64,000 bases of DNA from Felis catus (Eukaryota): assembly GCF_018350175.1 (NCBI RefSeq), contig NC_058368.1, positions 210,738,001 through 210,802,000 of the forward strand, given 5' to 3'. The notes below the pieces were generated by a model. That model was given only the letters and a program-made list of their open reading frames with translations, made no database searches and was not told where the DNA came from. Positions 1-12,726 of this stretch are shown here, piece by piece. The position numbers were made by a program, and so were the translations under genes. Each line of letters begins with the position of its first letter. The stretch's first letter is position 1.

Positions 1-253
1 CCTAGATATTCAAATCTGTACTTTCCGATTAAATAGTCTTCTTTTCATTGGATAAGACTGAGCATAATAGGAAATCAGTAGCCAAAGCAAATATGCACCA
101 AAGCTTCCGGAGCTAAAGTGCAAAAACCCCTCACTCTGATTGCCTTCTTGGTTCTCTCTGCACCTCCCCTGTGGCCGACAAAGGGAGAAGGACCCAGGCT
201 GTCCTGAAACTTGGCTGCTGCCTCCACCTGGGAGAGCCAGATATGAAAGCAGT

Positions 254-286
254 CTCTCTCAGTCTCTCAACCTCTCTGTCTCTCTC

Positions 287-327
<41 letters not shown>
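254..327. repeat. (CT)n microsatellite
   Basis: Directly visible. Confidence 0.9.
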
Positions 328-329
<2 letters not shown>

Positions 330-669
330 ATACCTTCCCCCCTCCCTTTTCTCCTTCTCCCCCTTCTTCTCTCTCTGTCCACATGCCTACTGAGGTAGGT
401 AGATATGGAGTCCTTGGAAGGCCTAAAACCAGGTTTACCAGATAAAATATAGGAGGCCCAGCTAAGTATATTGATAATCTGAAATTCAAATTTAACTAGG
501 CATCTGTCTTTCTTCTTGTTTGGCAGGTAAGCTCTGCAGCCCATGTGTGAGAAGTTTAGGATGGGAAAAGGACTAAAGTGGATCATGTGGTGGCTTTGTT
601 TCTAGGCTCTAGACTACTTCTAGCTGTAGCAGAATGTGTTCTCCACACAGCTTCGCTTAGGTTACCAGA

Positions 670-1115
670 GCTAGACTTCTGTGCTGCATATCTTCCATCG
701 TCCCTCCAGACCAACCTCCTGTCCTTCATTCTTCATGCTGCTTGGCGCCCTGGAAGGCTAACTTATGTGAACTATTTCAGGAAACAACCTCGTCCTCCAT
801 GTCCTGGGAAAGATATGCGAGAGCAGAAAGAAACTGAGGTCTGGTTACATATTTGCCTGCTCCTCTCTGCTGTGTCACTGTGGGTGGCTGCATCCCTCTG
901 CTGAAGGCCACAGCCCTCTCCATGCAGAGGTCCTCTTGAGGTCCAAGCATTTGCTCCCTTTCTTCACATTCTCAGGGCTACAGACCATATGACTCCCGGC
1001 TACCCTTTACTTGGGAGTAATAATCGAATCCTTGTATGTTCCCTTATTTTTGACCTTTTATTTAACTCTCCTTAAATTACCAATATAATTCTGCTTTCTG
1101 CCAGAACCCTGACTG
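670..1115 (-). mobile_element. Old ERVL-type LTR fragment (family uncertain)
   Basis: Ends ctttctgccagaaccctgactg, the reverse complement of a typical old-LTR start; motif ctgaaggccacagc. Confidence 0.4.
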
Positions 1116-1344
1116 CTAGAAGATCTACATGGAAGCCAGTACCATATCTCAATGTTAATGTTTATTTATTTTTTTTAAATTTCTATCCTCTATTTCCTTC
1201 TTATCCTCTATGAATTTATCCCTCTCATGATCTTCAAGGTTTGGAGTTAAGATTTGATTTCAATATTTTTGTCTCTTACTCCCAAGCCCTCCCAAATAAG
1301 ATCATTTTAATTTTATCACCTTTCCAACAACCTCTTCATTTTTA

Positions 1345-1446
1345 AGTAGGCTTCACATCTAGCATGGAGCTCAATATGGGGCTTGAACTCTCGACCCTGA
1401 GAGCAAGAGCTGGACGCTTATTTCACTGAGTAAGCCGGGTGTCCCT
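1345..1446 (-). mobile_element. Old truncated CanSINE
   Basis: ggggcttgaactctcgaccctgag...ggacgctta. Confidence 0.6.
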
Positions 1447-1647
1447 CCCAACAACCACTTCTATACCCTCATTCTATGATGAGTTTTTAAATATATTTAT
1501 TTCAAAAAGTAGCTTCTGTTTGGCTGAGTGATATTATATACATCCATAATTATATCATTTAATGTTATCATCTTTAAATAGTTTCTAACTTCCTTATCAA
1601 TGCTAATTAATTAATTCAGTAGAACTCTATCAAGAATCTACACTGTG

Positions 1648-1871
1648 GGGGCGCCTGGGTGGCGCAGTCGGTTAAGCGTCCGACTTCAGCCAGGTCACGA
1701 TCTCGCGGTCCGTGAGTTCGAGCCCCGCGTCGGGCTCTGGGCTGATGGCTCAGAGCCTAGAGCCTGTTTCCGATTCTGTGTCTCCCTCTCTCTCTGCCCC
1801 TCCCCCGTTCATGCTCTGTCTCTCTCTGTCCCAAAAATAAATAAACGTTGAAAAAAAAATTAAAAAAAAAA
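1648..1871 (+). mobile_element. Young SINEC_Fc-type SINE
   Basis: Full tRNA head, (CT)n and A tail; CpGs intact; perfect 16-bp TSD AAGAATCTACACTGTG. Confidence 0.95.
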
Positions 1872-2754
1872 AAGAATCTACACTGTGTGTGATTCTGTAT
1901 TGAATACAATTTTCCACCCTCTCTCAAAGAGTTTATAATATGATCTGGAAGATAAGACATTTCCCTAGGAAAGATCAATAATAACATCAACACCACAACC
2001 ACTGAAATTCACGATTGTGTCTCAGATTCCTGCCATAGATGGTCCGCACTCAGAATTCCCTGAAGATTGCAATGTAAAAAACAGGGGCTTCATCTTTTAC
2101 AAAGCTCTTTGTCTTTGAAAAAGTGTTAAAGACCATTCTTGGTGATTTTCTTGATATGATTCATCTATCGAAGCAACCAGATTTGCCTAGGCGGAGACTG
2201 GGTTTTGCGGTTGTCAGAGAACAAAGAACTGAATGGAGTTTCCAGGGCTCACTGGGGGTATCTCCCGGCCTCATATGGGTGTACCTGTTTAAAGTTCTCA
2301 GTCCAGATAGCTATCTGTTCTTTCATTAGTTTAGTCAGCTTCCAAAAATTTCTCTTTCTAAAAAGTCAGAGGTTAAACTTCATTTGAAAGCATTATAATG
2401 TCTGCATGAGAACATGGATGGAGGGCTGTAATTTGCTGGATATGTGTTCTGAGAAAGTCATTCTTCCAGGAAACGGCATCTCTGCTTGTCCCTGGGGAGA
2501 AAATTGGTCCTTACAGAACCCATTTGTTCTGCTTTCAGCACTCAATAGCAGTTCAAAGTATGATTCAGAAACTCGAAAAAGTAGAGGATACAGTGTAGTT
2601 CAATGAGTAGTCTCAAAAATTCACCTCTGCTTTTTGGTGAGTATATGTATCACCAGCTGTGAAAGGCCTTCTAGATGGTGCAAGTAATGGTGTAAATCTT
2701 ACTGTAAATAATAGAAAGACTAGCTTCTACTAGCTTGAATCTAAACTGCCATAC

Positions 2755-2903
2755 CTCAGGAATTGGCTCATTCACATAGACCCATTCTTCTGATCCTGGC
2801 TTAGGTGGTGGTGGCACTATGGGAGTAGGTGACACCTCTGCAGAATCAGCAGGTGACTTCTTTACCGATGCTTTCCCTCCTGGTAATTTTCCTTTAAGAG
2901 AAC
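2755..2903 (-). CDS. SPEF2: SPEF2 coding exon (approx. exon 21), 149 nt: (G)SLKGKLPGGKASVKKSPADSAEVSPTPIVPPPPKPGSEEWVYVNEPIPE
   Basis: Acceptor tttaag|GT, donor GAG|gtatgg; phase 1 to 0; PKPGSEEWVYVNEP matches SPEF2. Confidence 0.94.
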
Positions 2904-3093
2904 CTTAAACATGCATATTATATCATTTCACTACAATTGTATGAACAGAACCAGATTCTGGTAGATGAATAAATCTAGTATTACTGTGGACTTCATGCAA
3001 TTCATTAAGCAATTTTGGGGAGACTTGCCAAATCAAAAATCAAAATCCCAATTCTCTACAGCCTCCAAATTAACCAATAATACCACTGACAGG

Positions 3094-3341
3094 TTTTTTT
3101 TAGTTTATTTATTTTGAGAATGAGCAAGAGAGAGAGAAAGAGAGAGAGAAAGAAAGAGAGAAAGAGCGTGCATGCACAAGCAGGGGAGGGGCAGAGAGAG
3201 AGGGACACAGAGAATCCCATGCAGGCTCCACACTGTCGGCACAGAGCCCAAAGTGGAGCTCAATCCCATGGACCATGAGAACATGACCTGAGCCAAAATG
3301 AAGAGTCAGATGCTTAACCAACTGAGCTACCCAGGCACCTC
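3094..3341 (-). mobile_element. CanSINE (older)
   Basis: T tail, (GA)n, ...cccaggcacc. Confidence 0.9.
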
Positions 3342-4341
3342 CAGTAACAGTTTGTTTAAGCTACTAAATTTCTTTTGTCCAGTTGGCTATGAAAAGCAAC
3401 TTGACATTTTATTTTTATCTCTTTCTTTGATTTCATAATGAACATATGGTTCTTACAAAGTATAGATTGTAAAATGCATTTCATTGACATTTGCAAGTAA
3501 TGGCAAATTAAATTCTCCATCCAGAATGAGAAAGAAAGTAAGTCTAATATGAGTGATGCTCTTTATGTTTTTTTGAAGCTCAGGGGAGGAGCAGGGAGGA
3601 AGGAGGCTATGAAGAGTCAGTGGGAGTCAGTGAAGGATGTGGGGAAGGAGGTGGGGTATTACAGCTTCTGAATGTCTCCACATTCCCTGAATGAGACAGA
3701 GGGTTTCTGAGTGGGAAACTTTATTTCTTGCTATAGTCAGGGAGTATGGATGAAGGTACTTGCTGTGTCATCGCCTGGCTGAATTAAGGCATGAGAGAGA
3801 GAAGGGGAGAGAAAGGAAAGAGAAAGGAAGGATGAGGAGAAGGTGGAGGAGGAAAAAGAAGAGGAAAAAAATGAAGCCTAATGTTCAGTTCTGAATCCAG
3901 AAAGGGCATATGCTTCACTTTCCCCAAGAGCATCAAGAAGGGAATGTAGACCAGTTGAGTGGTGTGGCACTCTTACGGTCTGAAAGGTTCTGTGATTGAT
4001 CAAAGTAGCTTAACTCAGAAAGCCTAATATTTCCTTGGAAGATCAAGGTTATTATGGTTTAGAAATTCAGTCAGTTTAAATTACACTTAACTTCAGAATA
4101 ATTATTGAAATTTTAGATGCAGTTTATAGATGTCTCTAGATTTGGGAACACTTTATTTCCCAAACTATATTTCCTTAATGAGTATTATTTAATGATAATG
4201 CCGTTTAGAAAAATAAATACATCTTAAACTTTAATTCTGGTTAAAAATATATTGATTACAAGTAGAAGGGAAATTGTCAATTATGTCTTATGGACAGTTT
4301 AGATGACTTCAGTTATATATATTTAAAAATAGTATCCATTA

Positions 4342-4549
4342 GGGGCACCTGGGTCGCTCAGTCGGTTAAGCGTGTGACTCTTGATTTCAGCTCAGGTCAT
4401 GATCTCACTGTTTGTGAGTTCAAGCGCCACATTGGGCTCTGAGCTGACAGTGTGGAGCCTGCTTGGGATTCTCTCTCTCTCTCCCTCTCTCTCTGCCCCT
4501 CCCCTGCTCACTCTCTCACTCAAAAGTAAATATAAAAACTTTATAAAAA
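4342..4549 (+). mobile_element. CanSINE (older)
   Basis: ggggcacctgggtcgctcagtcggttaag head. Confidence 0.9.
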
Positions 4550-5299
4550 ATATTGCCCATTATTCAAGGTCTGAAGTTGAATCTAGACATTTTTAAATTA
4601 GAAAAAAAAAAAACTAAGAAAACCTTTGTTCAGGCAATAACCAACAATGTTTATAATTTGATATATATTTCGATATGATGATTTTTCATTATTTGACCTG
4701 AATTTCTTGTGAATTAAAAGTGCTAACATATAGCTACCTTCAGATGGATTTCTCTAAGAACTTTGCAATTGTAAATGTGAGACTGGAATGAGTTTCTTTT
4801 TTTCTTATTTTCTTAAATATCATGATCATTCAGTGAAAACTAAGAACCAGGAAGTATTTGGGGGGCATTTTGCTTTGATTCCATTTAACTTTTATCTATT
4901 TTTTGAACAGTGAAAATTCTAAAGGGAAAAATAAAATGTGAAGGACTAAAAATGTATTGATGCCATAGGGAATAGAAATGGATGTCACTTTTGAACAAAA
5001 TCTATTGATATCTTAAATGTAACAGGGGCCATTTGTTTTTTAGTACCATTCACCCAATCATATGGAAGCTTCAGTTTCTAATGAGAGACCTGCTTTCACT
5101 TGAAAGTTGGATCATTCAGTCCTCAGTGTAGCCATTCTATGTTGAAAGAGAAGTAGTTTGTATTTATGTTTCTTTTTCTAAATTGTAAACCAATTTAAAT
5201 ATTTTGGGGAATGGGGCATAGAAATAATACATTAGAAATAATTGAATGTCTCTGATATTTAATGACTATCAGAGAGCAATCAGCCTTGGGCTCCAGTTT

Positions 5300-5470
5300 A
5301 ATGGTTCTCCAATTGTAGCGATCATCAGAAGTCCCCAGAGGGCTTATTAAAACACAAAATTGCTGGGCTCCTGCAGGATTCAGGAGGTCTGGTTATGTAT
5401 TTGTATTTTCAGTAAGTTCTCAGGTGATGTGGATGCTACTGGTCCCGGGACCACACTTCAAGTGCCACTG
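5300..5470. mobile_element. MER5A-like hAT MITE
   Basis: atggttctc...ttattaaaacaca...caggtgatgtggatgct...gaccacact...cactg. Confidence 0.7.
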
Positions 5471-7945
5471 CCCCAGTGGATAGAGCTAGGTATTACAATT
5501 TCATTAGCCTTTTATCTTCTTCCCTCTGTTTTTCCATGTCCTTTCAATTAAATGTGACTTTAGTTTCTAACACTGACATCACATTTATTGCTAACTGGCC
5601 TGGTAGCACCTACAAATATAAGTCAAGTCAGAAGGCAAGCATTGGATCAATGCCAATACCAATACATGGGAAGGCCAGTGGAGTTAAAGACAACACTATT
5701 CCCCAATGTTTGTTTCATAAAACTCTGGCTCCAATGCATACCCTCGTAAGAGAATTCTGCAGCCAAAATATTTTTGGATATTACATATTGTATCTCCAAC
5801 TCCCTTAGAGATGCATGTTGATGTATTTTTTTTAAGTCCTGCAATTAAAACCTTTTTAATTTGGCATAACTCAGCATTTTCTGAAATTGGTTGATTATGG
5901 AAAACTTTCTTCATTTAGCCCCTAATTAACAACTGTTAGGTAAGGTCATAGGGTTGAAAAAGCTGTTGTTCTATGTAGCTATAACGTGGGACAATGGCAG
6001 ATGAGTTGAAGAGAGTAAGAAATACTTTGAGAACACCAAAATACACTTGTGAATGGCAATTTAGTGTCAAGATTCTGGGAGAAGAAGGGTAAAGATTGAC
6101 CTGATATGCAGAGAAGAACAGAAATGAGTCAAAGATGTCAATAGCAGGAAATACAGATAAGTTTGAAGACAGAAGAAAGAGATAGCTTCTTACACCATAA
6201 GAGATGATTTCAATATAATGGTATCAAATGACCTGAGATAAACAGATAATCAGTCCCTAGTGTTCACCACCAATATTAATTTCAAATACTAAGAATTAAA
6301 ATCGTATTTCCTTTTAATGAAGGAAATCCTCTTATACATCCTGAAAAACAGCATTTCTATGTAACAGAAAGACTTCTAAATCATGATTGCAAGTTCACCT
6401 ATTTCAAATATTATTAAACACAATAGAAATTCAGTAAAATAAAAGCAAAAAATGTTTGAAAGTTCTTAGTTACTTAAATTGAACTAACTGCATGACTCCA
6501 GTGTATATATTTTACTGGTTGAACTTGTATTTGCTTATGGTTTGTTTGGAGTGTGTATGCTTTTAACTAAGGATGCTCTTAAAGTATGTACATTATTATG
6601 TTTAACTTGATTTGGTAACTAATGTGCATAGTATATTTAATTTATATTTTTGAAAATTCTATGATGATCCTTCATTTGTTTTTGTTGATCATGAGAAAGC
6701 AAGGAATAAATAATGTAAATGTGGAAATTATGTAAATGGGTAGCATAAATTATAGCCCTTATAGCCCTTAACATTTTAGCTAAAATTTACATCTCAGTGT
6801 TAACTGACCAGGTGGCTCCAGTTATATATCTTGTTACATAATCGGAAAAGGGTGAGATTCTCTTTGGGGATCTTGGTTATGTATTTTTAAATGGCAAAAT
6901 AAAGATCCTTTGCAGCCCATTATTTTGTGAACTTGCATACTTTTTGCCTTGCAACTGCATTGGCAATTTGTAATAAAAAATTAAACAAAGGTACACACTT
7001 CATGACAACCCTATTTGAATATACTCTGAAAATGTCAACTGTATATATTTATAACTGCATCTCAACGTTCGATTTGTTGTTATAGCTCCTCAACATAAAT
7101 CTAACTAATATGCTTTCAAGAGCCTAATAGGATTTTTTTCTACCAACTATCAGTTACATAAAAAAGCTATATCCCCTTTACTTCACAGAAATAGTTAAAA
7201 TAAAATAGAAAAAAATTAAATGAAATTAGGGTCAGGACAAGGACAACTTAAAGTGGAAGGAAAAAATGGGGAGAGGAATTAGAAAGCAGATATTGAGATC
7301 CTGGTACCCTCGCACAGGTACAGCCACTCTGTGAACTTTTGGATGGCCAAGAGAGGAAATACTATCATTTAGATGTGCTAATTATCTAACCACTCAGAGG
7401 AAGAAAGATTTTCCTGTCTCTTGATTCTGAATGAAATTTCTCACCTAGAATTTCATATGGGGGCCATTAAATGATGTAGTAGGCATATCACCCCCTCAGG
7501 ACATAAAATGCCAGGTTGTTATTGGTATAAGGAAAGTTTCACCTCCACTGCTATGCTGTATTGTGAAGGGAGTTGAGGACTTTGTACCGCGCGTTATCAG
7601 TGAAGGCAATTTGATGGGACCCCAAGAAAACAGGGTTCAGCATAGAGCTTTCTGAAGGCATAGCTTAGCCCAAGGATAATACTGATAATTTCTATGATGA
7701 ATGGATGTTCTGTATATTAGATATCTCTAAATTCTTTCCCACCAGCATCACTTTTCTCAGCAAGACCTGTGCTAAAATCCAAACTATAGCAATATCGATG
7801 TCATATTCTTTGGTAACAACTTCTAGTTTACAAACGCCCAAGAGAAGTATAGTATGTGTTCTACTATACAAATCTGGCTCTTTTCACTGAGGCAGTTATA
7901 AAAGGCAGAATCATATTGAACCGTGTCTATCTTTATCTGCGGTAC

Positions 7946-8020
7946 CTTTTCTTTTGAGTGAAGTTTCACCTTTCTTCCCTTTTCCTTCTTGAGGAGAGTC
8001 TTGCTTACCATGCAAGGGCT
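7946..8020 (-). CDS. SPEF2: SPEF2 coding exon (approx. exon 20), 75 nt: (E)PLHGKQDSPQEGKGKKGETSLKRK
   Basis: Acceptor gtttag|AG, donor AAG|gtaccg; phase 1 to 1. Confidence 0.92.
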
Positions 8021-9097
8021 CTAAACAAAATTCAAGACATAAAAGTTATTGATGATTTTCTTTACTATCCCGGGCTAGATTATTTGTAAGCAATCAAGTG
8101 TTATTTCTCACAGATAAACAGTTATCTTTGTGAGGTCTTTGCGGTGAGCTAAAATTAATCTGAAGACAGAATGGATTAAAACTTGAATGACAGCCCTTAT
8201 AGTGCTATTCTATTTTGTCACACTGAGCAGTTCAGTCCTAAGTTCAATATCAATATTTGGCAGTGGATTTGATTGTAAACTCTTTGAGGCAACATGGCTG
8301 CAGAGTGTTAAAAGTTAGTTACAAGTCCATTTGAAGCATATGGCTCTATGTTGATTTATTTCAACTAAATGATCCTTATAAGACAGCCAAATCTGTAATA
8401 AGAATGACACAAAAACAATTTGAGGAAGGGCTGAATAACCACACTGACTTGAGATGGTGCATCCTTGAACTTTTCCTGACCCCACACACTTGGTTGCCTT
8501 GTGACTTGTACATTTCCATTTTACACTGGCTATAACTTGTCATGTAAAGAGTGATTTGTGTATATTTATCTTGGATTCCTTGGACTCTAGTTCAAAATCA
8601 TACTGAAAGGGAGAAAATGGGAAACTGATGATTTAAAGGTCAGTAAGGTGTTCCAAACAATAAATTAGTTCTTCGAAAAAGTTCTCTCCATGCCACATTA
8701 TTCACCAAACAATTTCAATCATTACCTACCTTTTGCCCTGGGCTACAGTTTACTCTTCATTGGAAGGATGGACATATGGGGCAGTTTAAATACCTATGAT
8801 GGAGACACCCTGTATGACCTATTATCTACATTTAGAAGTAATAATTATAAGAATGTGTAAATGCATAGCACATATCACATTTACTTCTCAGATTCATCAA
8901 CCAAGATTTCATAGAAATAAGAAGGGAATAGGGAAGGATTCATAGAAATAAGAAGAAATAGGGAAGGATTAACTCTGAAACATTGTTAACCTCTGTAAAA
9001 GGACCTTTAAACATCCACATAGCTGACCACCAAACTCAAAAAATAAATAAACAATAAACAAAATCCAAACTGAATTAGTTGCTTTTTCAGAAATAAA

Positions 9098-9130
<33 letters not shown>
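9098..9130. repeat. (CAT)11 microsatellite
   Basis: Directly visible; source of the spurious poly-Met ORF. Confidence 0.95.
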
Positions 9131-10036
9131 AACAATAAAGTCTAGATAAGCTCCTAATTCCTTTAATAACAATACTTTGGGTAACCAACTATTTAGCTAA
9201 TTGTAAACGAGTACTAAACAAGGCATCAGAGAAAAGAAGTTAAAAATAGAGATACCTGAATTTGTAAAGGACACCGAATTTATAAGGCACTGTGGGCAAG
9301 TCTAATTTCTTCTGATTTTTTAAATCAGTTCCAAAATATATTCTGAAATCTCAAAAAATATTTGTCAATAGCAGCATGGATATCGTACTATTGTATTCTG
9401 TCACATTGACAACTTTGGTTTTAGATTAAATTCTGAAGTTTGGTAGTGGATTTAGTAATAAACCCTTTTAATGGAACGTAACTGTGAACTCTTTCAAATT
9501 TAATCCCTAGCACAGTTGAAGCAGATATAAAATTCAGAACTATATACAATGTAGAATTATACAGGGACAAAATGACTATTAGTACTCAGCGCACTGGCCT
9601 CCCTCTTTACTCTATTTCCATCCTGATTGGTTGATTGATTGATTGATTTTTGTAAATAATTCCTTTTTTCATCTCAACTTCTAAAGATCATAGTTGGGTA
9701 TTTAAGCTGGGCATGTTCAGAAGCCTCAGGCTTTCATTTCTGAAAATGCTTTCATTTGAAAAAACAAACTGTAAATTATTTACATAGAAATAAACAAACC
9801 TGCCAGAAACTTTCCCCCTAAAATTGCTGAACTAAGCCTCCCTGAGCTGTAAGGGCAGAGGTCGGTTTTGGTTTCTCTGCCTCCCTCTACTGACCCATCA
9901 GTGCCCTCAAGCTCTGAGATCTCTCTCTGATAACTCGAAAAGATAACTCGTTGTTGTTGGAAGGCAGTAATTAGGCCTCTGGAGATTAACACTTGGATAC
10001 GTTTTTAAAGATCAGGCATTAGGCCTGTCCTTGGTG

Positions 10037-10084
10037 AAAAAAAGAGACAGACGCAAGCACTCTTTTAAGCAACAAAGCTTTATT
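10037..10084 (-). terminator. Candidate intronic poly(A) site: AATAAA plus GU/U-rich downstream element
   Basis: Minus strand reads AATAAAgctttgttgcttaaaagaGTGCTTGCGTCTGTCTCTTTTTTT. Confidence 0.45.
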
Positions 10085-11478
10085 ATTCCTTCAATGCACA
10101 GTAATCAAGAATACAATTTTAAAATCGTGAGCAAACTTCAGAAACTTAAAGACTGAACTGGGTTCTAACCAGAACCACTAGAGATTGGTTTCAGGGAATG
10201 GTTCAAATACCTAGATCCTCCAGATTGTGAGCAGACCGAGGGGGAGGTCGTGGTGGGGAGAGCCATGGTCATGGGTTAAAGGACTATATTAGGTAACGCT
10301 AGGCTTACTTGAGCCACTGTCATAACTGTCTTCCCTGGTTCTAAACAGCATTTTAAAGATTTCCATCTTTCCTCCAGACCTCTGATTTTTTTTTTTTTAA
10401 TTCCTAATGAGGCAGTGAGAAAAGGGTGCATATTTAATTTATGGCTTTGTGCTTTATTGCTCCTATGATACCAAAGATTTCTTTAGAATTTGTGTATTTT
10501 GCCTTTAGTCAAGCCCCATTTTATTGGAACACAGTGGTCTTTAATAGACCATAATATATGTTACTTAAGTCTTCGAATTTATTTGTTTAACATAAATAAA
10601 TTCAACTTAAAAATTTCACATCCATCTCAAATCTCTCCATGAGGCAGAAAGATCTGGAGTTTAGAAATACAATCCTAACACACAAGATCAAGGATTCCTA
10701 AGTAGCCTTAATGCACAACCAGCTGCTTCACAAAGCTACAACTAGAAACAAGGACCACATTTGTCTCCTATACACAGCACCAAACTGATACTAACATTCT
10801 ACCAAAGTCATGCAGTGCAACAGTTAAGCACTTCACTTTGGTCATTATATTTATCCTTTACCACTGAAGTTAATAGTCCTTAGTGTTTCGGGATCTAGAA
10901 AGAACTTAAGCCAAAACAAACGCTTTACCCATGTATGCTATAAATTCAAACATATACATTACTGAGATGCCAGGTGCTTGTTTCTATCCATTTATTGTCA
11001 CATAAATTCACACTAATGATTAAGTCACATATGAATTCTAGTCTCTGATGAAGTCTGTTGATTTTTCCCCCTTATTCTTGTGAGTAACTGGCTATACTAA
11101 CTCATTTTCTGAAGATGTTCTCACTCTACAAAAACATATGTCTATGGTTCAGCAAACAGATGTCTGAACTTTTGATCTGCTCTAAGTTCTTTCTGGTTAT
11201 TCTCTGTGCCCTCCCTATTCTCATCTGTGGTCTTCTTCTAATCGAGAACTGGGTATGAGGACCTCAGACTCCCTCCTACACAGTAAAGTACCTGGGCTTT
11301 GTGACAACCATAGCTACTAAGGGCTTTTCCACTTTCATCTGAGTCATCACTTGGTTTCATACTATTGAAGTTGCTTAAAGTCTAACTCTGAGTGAATGCA
11401 TCGGTACTGTTATTTAGAATTCTTATCTAAGTGAAAATAAGAAACTGGCAGAGGATTATAAATTATTCTGTCAATCAC

Positions 11479-11643
11479 CTGATGGTGGTTTCCCTTTTGC
11501 AGCAGGAGTTTTTGAATGCTCACGCTGAGGATGGGTCTCCTCCTCTTTTTCTGGCTCAGGTGGAGGGGGAGGTGGGGGTGGAGGCTCAGCCAGGGGAACT
11601 TCTTCCTTTTCCTCAGCTTCCTTCTCTTCTAATTTCTTTTTAA
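11479..11643 (-). CDS. SPEF2: SPEF2 coding exon (approx. exon 19), 165 nt: (V)KKKLEEKEAEEKEEVPLAEPPPPPPPPPEPEKEEETHPQREHSKTPAAKGKPPS
   Basis: Acceptor ttgaag|TT, donor CAG|gtgatt; phase 1 to 1. Confidence 0.92.
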
Positions 11644-12538
11644 CTTCAAAAAGATGATAAGAATGAACTTTTAGTAGAGACTCTAGACACCCGCTATTTC
11701 ACTTGAACCAAGATAAGCCTAAATTAATATAAAATTCCCCTTGCTGATTTAAGGCTCAATTCATGTTTTAAGGCTCTCCTTTAAATCATCCAGTCCTTAA
11801 AACTAGGATTTGAAGCCTTCTCTGCCTAGTTAGACATGCTATTTTCTTTGCCTTTTATGGTGATGGAGAGGAGGAGGAGGATGATGATGATGATGGTGTG
11901 GGTGTGTGCGTGTGCCTGTGTATAGCAGGTAGAAAGGCTTATTGAGGGGTGCCAAATGTAAAAGTGACAACCTAGATGTAGCTAATGTAGTGGAATAGGA
12001 AAATAAAGGATTATTTCAAAATTCCCAGTGGAAAACCAAGGTGAAGAAAGCATGAAGAGAAGGTGAAGAGCAATGTGACAGAGGTCTTGTGGGCGTGGAG
12101 GAAACAGACTTCACCTCACCGCACTGATTTCTGGGAGTAAATACACACAAAGCACTTAGAATGGTGCATTGCACTTAAGTCTTCTTAGCAGTTCATTAAT
12201 TCATGCAGCGACTATTTTATTGAACTTCAATTGTGCCTTGAAGTAAAGGAAGGGTCATAACAATAAGATAAAACTCCCACCACTACTGCTAATAAAATTA
12301 GTAGTAGTAAAATCAATAGCAGGCACAGTTCTGGTTGCCAGAGATGGATCAGTAAAACAAAAGGGAAAAATCACTGCCTTGTGAGGCTTGCATTTTAGTG
12401 ATGGGAAGCAAACCATAAGCCTGATGAATAATTTATACAAGGGGTTGAGAGGTGGTTAAGTGCTGTGGAGAAAATAAACAGAAGAATAAACAGGATCAGG
12501 AGTGCTGTGGGGCAGCTTTTTAAGTTTTAAATAGAGCA

Positions 12539-12726
12539 GAGGCGCCTGGGTGGCTCAGTGGGTGGCTCAAGGCCTGACTTTGGTGCAGGTCCCGAACTCA
12601 CCGGTTCACGCCCTACATCCGGCCTTCTGCTGTCAGCACGAGCCTGCTTGAGAGATCCTCTGTCTCCCTCTCTCTTTGTCCCTCCCTGCATGCTCTCTCT
12701 CTCAAAAATAAGCAAACATTTAAAAA
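12539..12726 (+). mobile_element. CanSINE (diverged)
   Basis: ggcgcctgggtggctcag head, CT-rich body, A tail. Confidence 0.85.

Noticed and set aside
131-586. 151-aa and overlapping ORFs rich in ER or SL repeats
   Set aside because: Translations of the (CT)n microsatellite; no gene structure
1645-2002. Recurrent similar ORFs (MGAPGWRSRL..., MAQSVKRPTSAQV..., FIYFWDRERQ...) here and elsewhere, resembling a gene family
   Set aside because: All are translations of CanSINE copies
7823-8011. 62-aa minus-strand ORF over exon 20
   Set aside because: Wrong frame; the SPEF2 frame is fixed by splice phase and homology
8969-9172. Poly-Met ORF
   Set aside because: (CAT)11 microsatellite
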